Source of the DNA: Sphyrna mokarran | Lineage: Eukaryota | Length of the DNA stretch: 64,000 bases | Assembly (NCBI GenBank): GCA_024679065.1 | Contig: JAGIQG010000003.1 | Coordinates: forward strand, 40,238,001-40,302,000 | Reading direction: 5' to 3' | Shown here: piece by piece, positions 61,501-64,000 of the stretch | Layout of the letters: each line of letters opens with the position of its first letter | How positions within the stretch are numbered: position 1 is the stretch's first letter | The notes under the pieces: model-generated | Told to the model about the DNA's origin: nothing | Databases searched by the model: none | The model's input: only the letters and a program-made list of their open reading frames with translations | Program-made: the position numbers and the translations under genes

Positions 61501-63715
61501 AAAATATATAAATGAGAAGCAGGATTGGGCTACTTGACTCTTGGATCCACCACTCAATATGATCTTATTGGCTGATCTGGCTGAATCCTCCTGCCTACCT
61601 TCAATAACCTTTTGCCAGTTGTTCATCAAGAATCTACCAATCTACCTCTACCTTGAAATAATTCAAAGATTCTACTTCTACCATCTTTTGAGGGAGTTCC
61701 AAGTGCTTACTATATTCTGAGAGAAAATAAATTCTTCTCATCTCTGCCTTAAATGGACAACCCTTTATTTTTGAACAGATTCTCCCATAAGAGGAAATAT
61801 CATCTCCACTTCCATACTATCAAGACGCTCAGGATTCTATGGGCGGAATTTTCCTGTCCTGCCTGCCACAGGAATTGTGGCGGACAGGACATGGACCATG
61901 CATAGGTCTGTTGCCATGGTTGGGATTTCCAGCTTTAGGGGCGAATATGGCCAGAAAATTCCACCTTATAGTTTCAATCATGGCACCTTCAGGTTGTTTT
62001 AAGGAGGGGAAAGTAAGGTAGAGTGGAGGAGGCTGAAGGTGAGATGCTATGTGAATGTAGCAAACAGGGGTGACATAAATTAACTAGCACGTTTAGAGAT
62101 TAACAACTCATTGGTTGATAGACTGTAAATATAACTTTATTTTTGTTCTTTCATGAGAGTTGGGGATTACTGGCTAGACCAGCATTTTTACTGTTATTCT
62201 CTAATTGTCTTTGAGAAGATACTAGTGCGCTGCTTTCTTGTAGTCCAGGTAATGCAGGTATACTCACTGTGCTGTTTGGGAGTCATTTCCAGGATGTTAA
62301 CCTGGTTGCGGTGAAAGGATATGGAACGTACGAAAGAATACAGCAAATGGAATACAATGTGGAAAAGTATGAGGTTTTGCACTTTGCAAGGAGGAATAGA
62401 GGCATAGACTATTTTTTAAATGGGAAAATGCTAAGGAAATCATAAACACAAAGGAACTTGGGAACCATTGTTCAAGATTTTCTTAAGTTAATGTGCAGGT
62501 TCAGTCGGCAGTAAGAAAGCAAATGCAATATTAGCATTCATAACGAGAGGGTTAGAATACAAAAGCAGGGATGTACTTCTCAGGCTGTATAAGGCCCAGG
62601 ACAGACCCCATTTGGAGTATTGCGAATAGTTTTGGACTCCATATCTAAGGAAGGATGTGTTGGCCTTGGAAAGGGTACAAAGGGTGTTCACAAGAATGAT
62701 CCTTGGAATGAAGAACTTGTCATATGAGGAACATCTGAGGACTCTGCGTCTATATTCGTTGAAGTTTAGAAGGCTGATGGGGGATCTTTTTGAAACTTAC
62801 AGGACATTGCAAGGCCTGGATAGAGCGGACATGGTGAGAATGTTTCCACTAGTAGGAAAAACTATAACTAGAGGGCACAATCTCAGGCTAAAGGGATGAT
62901 CCTTTAAAACAGAGATGAAGAGGAATTTCTTCAGCCAGAGAGTGGTCAATCTGTGGAACTCTTTGCCCCAGAAGGCTGTGGAGTCCAGGTCTGAGTGTCT
63001 TTAAGACAGAGATAGATAGAGAGATAGACCTAATAAGGGGTCAGGGATTATGGGAAAAAGGCAGGAAAATGGGAATGAGAAAAATATCAGCTATGATTGA
63101 ATAGTGGAGCAGACTTGATGGGCCGAGTGGCCTAATTCTGTTCCTTGGTCTTAAATTCTAATAGCAATGTGCTTCCTAGTCAAATGGTATTTAGCTTGGA
63201 GGAGAACCTGCAGGTGATGGTGTCCTTCTGCATCTATAGCTCCTTCTTTTAGAGGTGATAGACTAGCAAGTTTGGAGATTTACAACACACTGGTATAACA
63301 CACTCACTCAATATTTGCAAGTTTTTGCATTAGTTATGGTGTGCATCATTTACTTTAGGTTATTCTTCCAGCAAGATTTGATTCAGTATAATTTACAAGT
63401 AGATGTTTAATTTTATCGATTGAACCAACAAAGCTAATTCTCTGCATTGCTGTCTTATATTATTAATCTTTCCTTTGTTCTTTCCAGCTTATGTACTACC
63501 TGAAAAATGTTCGGTTCAGGGGCCTTCTAGGGGAAAAAATCTATTTTGATGTAAATGGAGATATTGATGCCATATATGATATTATGAACTGGCAGAGAAC
63601 TTCCGATGGGTATATCTCTTTTAAGGTAATCGGTAGTTACAACGGGACTGCACCCCCAGGACAAGAAATGATCATCCAAAATGATTCAATAATTTGGAAT
63701 GATGACCAGGTTACG
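45215..63715 (+). CDS. vmn2r1: Gene 2: family-C V2R (Vmn2r1/OlfCc1-like), 3'-partial; join(45215..45429,55705..55996,58378..59268,63488..63715), exons 5-6 beyond the window
   Basis: Open frame across four exons. Motifs recalled from mouse Vmn2r1: CEGFNFRxFRWxKTMIH, TISKAxE, LTGQxE, GGSxLSxAxxRILGLYYxPQV, SCSxLSDKFQFPS, DDDYGKYGxKTFKE, FSETIPKVY, DIDLS, EAWIxSALIxKPEY. Orthology is an inference and needs a tree. Confidence 0.85.
48158..48482 (+). mobile_element. V-SINE inserted in a LINE 3' end
   Basis: Full-length copy flanked by colinear LINE tail pieces. Confidence 0.85.
50060..51485 (-). mobile_element. CR1 LINE fragment (RT domain to 3' end), frameshifted
   Basis: WKVTNVTPIFKKG, GFMKGKSCL, YLDFQKTFDKV, SKFADD. 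Confidence 0.9.
54245..54835 (+). mobile_element. CR1 3' fragment
   Basis: LVGPHLEYCIQFW..LERVQRRFTRMLPG; (GTTCTTT)n tail. Confidence 0.9.
55075..55565 (+). mobile_element. Old L2 3' fragment
   Basis: aaaattctcatccttgttttcaaatccctcca motif; caagttgttattg tail. Confidence 0.6.
55705..55996 (+). CDS. Gene 2 exon 2 (292 nt)
   Basis: Acceptor gaacAG; FNFRAFRWAKTMIHAINEVN...GLYYFPQ; donor GTAACA. Confidence 0.95.
56286..56864 (+). mobile_element. Tandem V-SINEs: type A (56286-56602) followed by head-truncated type B (56616-56864)
   Basis: Two consecutive SINE cores with different tails. Confidence 0.8.
57665..58276. repeat. Old inverted pair of Penelope-like pLTR remnants (about 57665-57800 and 58150-58276)
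   Basis: gttgaaaaagacat.ttgtcaaag..tcttgcattc.tcag..aatttatactgcat matches the reverse complement of the second arm. Confidence 0.65.
58378..59268 (+). CDS. Gene 2 exon 3 (891 nt)
   Basis: Acceptor ttttgcAG; VDYSASCSVLSDKFQFPSFIRTIPSD...FQPWQ; donor GTATGT. Confidence 0.95.
60320..60587. mobile_element. Small Harbinger-type MITE cluster; related to about 17055-17170 and 61841-61966
   Basis: GGG.....aatt / aatc..CCC termini; interior matches the reverse complement of the other copies. Confidence 0.5.
61841..61966. mobile_element. 126-bp Harbinger-type MITE inserted in a CR1 remnant
   Basis: TIRs gggcggaattttc / gaaaattccacct with 3-bp TSD TAT. Confidence 0.75.
62320..63152 (+). mobile_element. 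CR1 3' fragment
   Basis: LALERVQRVFTRMILGMKNLSYEE..GHNLRLKG; 3' UTR. Confidence 0.9.
63488..63715 (+). CDS. Gene 2 exon 4 (228 nt)
   Basis: Acceptor tttccAG; LMYYLKNVRF...FDVNGD...YDIMNWQ...IWNDDQVT; donor GTATGT at 63716; same length as gene 1 exon 4. Confidence 0.93.
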
Positions 63716-64000
63716 GTATGTAAGTAGTGAAGCATCTGATCCAATTATAACAGAAGATGATATAATGGTGCATCATTCTTATCCTTACTTCATAGTCAAA
63801 GAATTTAAGTCAATGTGGATTAAAAGTAACTGTTAATTATCTTTAGATCCTGAATAGCAGTTAATGGAATTGAGTAATAGTTCAAAGTGAAGTGGCAAAT
63901 ATTCAGTGTGTTAAATTGTCAAAAGTGACACAATGGGCTGAATGTTAACCTGGAAACTTGGGATGGGTTTCAAGTGGGCTACTGTCATAAGTTAACATTT

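Noticed and set aside
63710-63715. Alternative donor CAG/GTTACG for gene 2 exon 4
   Set aside because: GTATGT at 63716 is a better consensus and gives the same 228-nt length as gene 1 exon 4.

Overview
Vertebrate genomic DNA, most likely from a cartilaginous fish (shark-type SINE, CR1 and Penelope repeat landscape). It holds two tandem + strand class C GPCR genes of the V2R/OlfC chemosensory family. Gene 1 is complete: six exons from 7576 to 24040, 2610 nt CDS, 869 aa, all splice phases compatible. Gene 2 has exons 1-4 in the window (45215-63715) and continues past its end; its motifs are recognisable as the conserved family-C V2R (mouse Vmn2r1 / fish OlfCc1 type). Most other sequence is transposon-derived: tRNA-headed V-SINEs with two different tails, Deu-domain SINEs, CR1/L2/Rex-Babar LINE fragments, Penelope remnants, a decayed Ty3/Gypsy element, and Harbinger-like remnants and MITEs. 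I found no clear-cut new system. The best leads are: Penelope-derived fold-back palindromes and minimal hammerhead cores in the introns; a 149-bp inverted templated insertion; an apparent 9-nt acceptor shift in gene 1; an AT-rich CpG-retaining island at the gene 2 promoter; a SINE tail swap that matches a Rex-type LINE; and nested CR1 insertions with hairpin filler. Exon coordinates were read exactly. Repeat boundaries are approximate, and family names come from recalled motifs, not database searches.
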